Notes under the pieces: model-generated | The model's input: the letters and a program-made list of their open reading frames with translations, nothing else | Database searches by the model: none | Told to the model about the DNA's origin: nothing | Translations under genes and position numbers: made by a program | Origin: Vermamoeba vermiformis | Lineage: Eukaryota | DNA: 39,183 nucleotides | Direction of reading: 5' to 3' | Assembly: GCA_045837725.1 (NCBI GenBank) | Contig: JBEWZL010000134.1 | Location: 1 to 39,183 of the forward strand | In this document: positions 35,581-39,183 of the stretch, piece by piece | Position numbering within the stretch: the first letter of the stretch is position 1 | Layout of the letters: each line of letters starts with the position of its first letter

Positions 35581-37300
35581 TTAAAGCGCGTCCGACCAAG
35601 GTTCCAGCATTGAATTTCCTCTTAACTCCATACTGCTATAATTAATTTTTGCAACGCAGAATGGCAACTTATCGAGCACATAGTTGGTTAGCGCGATGGA
35701 TTTGTTTCTGAACTGATCTTCGGGCAAATAGGCTTCGAATACTTGCAAACTCGTTAAACACGTCAAAGCAAAGCCAGGTGCCACCAATTCTACGCAGAAT
35801 AATTTCGTCAAGTTCCTTAGCGTTGATAAAGTGTGGATCTGGTCGTCGGATTTGATGCGATGAACGTACAGCTCTTCAAGATCCGTAAGTTGCGCCAATT
35901 TGTTATATTGCCAGTTTTCCGTTGGTTCGTTCAATAACATGAACTTCGTTAATCTGTTCAACTTTGTAAGCTCTTCAGTGCCGTATGAAGGCAAGCTAAT
36001 CGCAAGATTTTCCAATTTTGTAAGTTTGACCAAATCTGCAAAGTTCTGTAGATTCACGAACACGTGGCATGTTTCCAAATTAGGCAATTGCGTGAGCGGT
36101 AAGCTGACCGCGCTGGATCCTTGAGCGTACAATGCTGTCAAAGTGCTTGGGAAGTTGTAATTGTTGTGCGATGGATACAATTCCAATGAACCGAGTCTCG
36201 TGAACCGTTTGTAATCAGAAACAGCGTTTTTCTTGTAAATTCTGCTCGTAATTCCTATCGCCGTGGCACCATCCGGAAGAAGATCCACGTAATCCTCATA
36301 AGGGACCGTAATATCGACAACTTCGAAGTTCTGAAAATCAGACTTTGCAAAAATTTGATCTGGTACATCTTTTTGATTTGGTTTCTCCTTAATTAGGCAT
36401 TTTAATCTTCGCAATCTGGGGTTGCTGTCGACCAATCTTTTTAACGTCGTCAAAGAATCTGTTTCGAATTCCAACGATTCCAAAGTAGTCACTGAGACTT
36501 CCATATTAGGTAATTTGGCTTGATAATAGGGAAATATTTGCAAAGTCTTCAGCGCGGTTAATTTACTCTGTTGATGTGTCATAGAATCCCATTGGTCAAC
36601 ATTGACGGATAATCTAGTTATTAAATAGGGCCTGTCCAAGCTATTCAAGTCTATTTTGATCGAACTATGACGAAAAGTAACATTGTTTTCACGAACAACT
36701 TCGAGATCTTCCAGATTCGGCAAAGAAATAAAGCTGTTGGTATTGTTGACTTCATTTTCCACGTCATATCCACGTATTGATAATTTTTTTATACTCGTGA
36801 GCGCTTCCAATTGTTGAATGGCAGGATATCTGCTGTTAATCTGGAGATTCGTTACCGAGATGAGGTTTGACAAGCCATTCCACGCTGCAACTCCATTGAC
36901 GTGATAATTACACTCTTTAAAAGACAAGGAGACTATATTGGTAAGTCTTGTAAGCTTGCTAATGAGTTGAGCGAACGGAAGTTGCGGATGGACCAAATTA
37001 TTGAATTGCACGTTAAGCTCTCCTCCAATAAGTTGTACAATTTTGCAAAAATCATCCAATTGATTACTCTTCAATCGTCTTACTACCAGTCTCGACCGTG
37101 CGCGCAGTGAGTAGAAAAAAGTATTTAACTGCCGAACACTGCGTCGATCTGTTCCTTTCAAAAACGATACAATATCGTATAATATTTCGATGGGCAAATT
37201 TTCCTAAATATTAGGCAGGTTAACAAGGCTAATAATAAAAAAGGAATCCGCGTAGAATTCTTGTTTGCTCACGTACCATTTGGAGTAAATCCTCATCCAT
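35581..37300 (-). CDS. F-box/leucine-rich-repeat protein
   Basis: Exon 1 MDEDLLQM, intron 37276-37204, then ENLPIEILYDIVSFLKGTDRRSVRQLN (F-box) and many LxxLxxLxL repeats (LTKLENLAI, LTDLEELYV, LRNLTKLFC, LTSLQVFEA). Confidence 0.88.
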
Positions 37301-37655
37301 ATGAAGAAAGAAATTTTGTTCAACGATTTCACTGAAGTCTCGTTTGTGGTCGCTAACTGGAAAACAAACGAAAATTTTCCTCAATCCACGCGAACGAAGG
37401 GTTGTAATTGTGTAATACTCACATTTCATCGAAACTGTGGCTTAAATATAATAATAACAATTAATAAATTCGTTGCGCAACCTCTGGTTTTCCGGAGATA
37501 AATCAAATCTGAAGATATCGCGGATCACCAACGATTTTATTTGATCAAGCTTCTTGAATATTAAATACAATTACCATCCTGATACTCGTTAAAAACCGGT
37601 TATTTACATTAAGTAACCAAGATCTCGATCCTTTACAAGCTCGATCCAAATCTAT

Positions 37656-39103
37656 CTACATCTGGTTCTTGCCATAGAAAACTCGTTGCAACTTGTCGTA
37701 ACAGGCCAAAGTACCAGCACCAGCTACAGCGCGCAAGACATTAGCTCCAGCTCCTTTAAACAACGACTTGATTCCTTCTCGTTTTACTATTTCAGTGAAC
37801 GCGTGGATCGAGCTCTTGTATTTTTTGCTTTCCGCAGATATTATCATCCGTCTCCGTATAGTATCAATAGGATGAGAGGCTATACCAGCGATTATAGTAA
37901 CAGGCCAAGCTAGGAAAAATGAACCAATGAACGAGTCTTTTGGCTTGAATGTGTCGAATAGACCGAAATACATGCCGCGGTACACTGCAATGCCAGCACA
38001 ACTGATGCCAAATCGGGAATAAAGCTTTAAGCCTATAATAAGATGAAGATAGCATTAGCATACCATTGTTTAATTTGGTATAAATCATACGATGAAAACT
38101 TTTGTAGCGAGAAAGAAAATAAAATCTCGCTAAATACTAGGCGATATGTCCTTTTCGCCCGCGACAATTTTGATCAGCGTTGCAAAAATTCATTGATCTA
38201 AGGAGCACAGGTGTGACACTTCGATACTTTTTGAATACAATACAATTTTTCGCTTACCTTCTTTCTTGAAAACGTCGAGCAAATTGGTGTATGTTGGAGG
38301 TGTTTTTCCTCGTTCAGCAACGGCTAGCAGCGTACGCGCGTAGTCAATTGGGTACATGATCGATATCGTTGAAACGCCTGCGGTAGCGCCAGCAGCGATG
38401 TTTCCTATTAAAATTCTTTAATAAGATCAAGTAGTTAAAGTTTAAGGCAAAAATTGCAAAATTATTGTACGTGTCACCAATTTATCACAGATATTTTTTC
38501 TGCGTGTCAAATTTTTTCACGGATCCAAAAATAAATCAACAAATTTTGCAGCAGTTCTGTTGATTGACAATATATTCCGTACCGGTAAACCATTTCAAGC
38601 ATCCATCCTTGTCTTTAGCGTAGTTGAGAGTGTTTCGTTTGAACAGATCTTTGACCCCAAAGCACAGCGCTTGCGATGGAGCATAACGCGCTACAATCGA
38701 TAAATTCCCTCTCCATACTGATGCTACGCCTTCTTCTTTGATCGTCGTTATGAACCAGTCAGTTAAACCTTTGTACGGCCCTATCGATTATAAAAATTGT
38801 TTAGAATAAAATGTGTAAAATCAAATTATTATTGAAATAATAATAAGCAATATTGCATCAAGAATTAATTGGCGTGTATATCCCGGGATTAAAATTAGAG
38901 CTGATCCACGAAAAAAATAAGAATTATCCATTCGTCGCATTTGAGCATTCAAATGGACCCTTACTATCCGCAATAGTAATTCTTAATTTAAAAACTTCTA
39001 CAGGTGTTGCAGCAGATTTGGAGACCGCAGCCGAAACGCCACCCAAAAAGCAGTCGATCAGGAAAGCTGAAACGCCTTCTTTTTGATTCTTCTTATCGGT
39101 CAT
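37656..39103 (-). CDS. Divergent mitochondrial ADP/ATP carrier (AAC/ANT family, SLC25), 4 exons
   Basis: [87 protein letters not shown]. Confidence 0.92.
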
Positions 39104-39183
39104 TGTTGTTTTAAATATGAAATAGTAAATAATGAGACCGCATCGCGTTGCCCTTTACTTGTGGAGTTATGAACTCACCTGTG

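Overview
This is AT-rich, gene-dense eukaryotic genomic DNA with short GT-AG introns (GTAAGT/GTACGT donors, CTAA branch points). It is probably from an amoebozoan-like protist, which is an inference from gene content and intron style. Splicing by hand gives about 13 genes, in order: a PD-(D/E)xK nuclease-like gene followed by a possible decayed kinase remnant, a mitochondrial TPR-like protein, an ABCB half-transporter, an F-box/ankyrin protein, a PQQ-type propeller surface protein, a CAMK-group kinase with a tandem RxxS array and coiled-coil tail, a PQ-loop transporter, a Sec1/Munc18 protein, a BAR-like plus triple-RGS protein, a small GPI-type Cys-rich protein, a Zn2Cys6 transcription factor, an F-box/LRR gene and a divergent ADP/ATP carrier. 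The region 32.1-35.5 kb is a decaying duplication mosaic containing a disrupted surface-protein gene, a paralog fragment and an LRR pseudogene fused at a deletion junction. Non-coding DNA shows recurrent TGACANNTGTCA palindromes and many RGATCY motifs. I recognised no rRNA, tRNA, CRISPR array or intact transposase. All exon structures are manual predictions.
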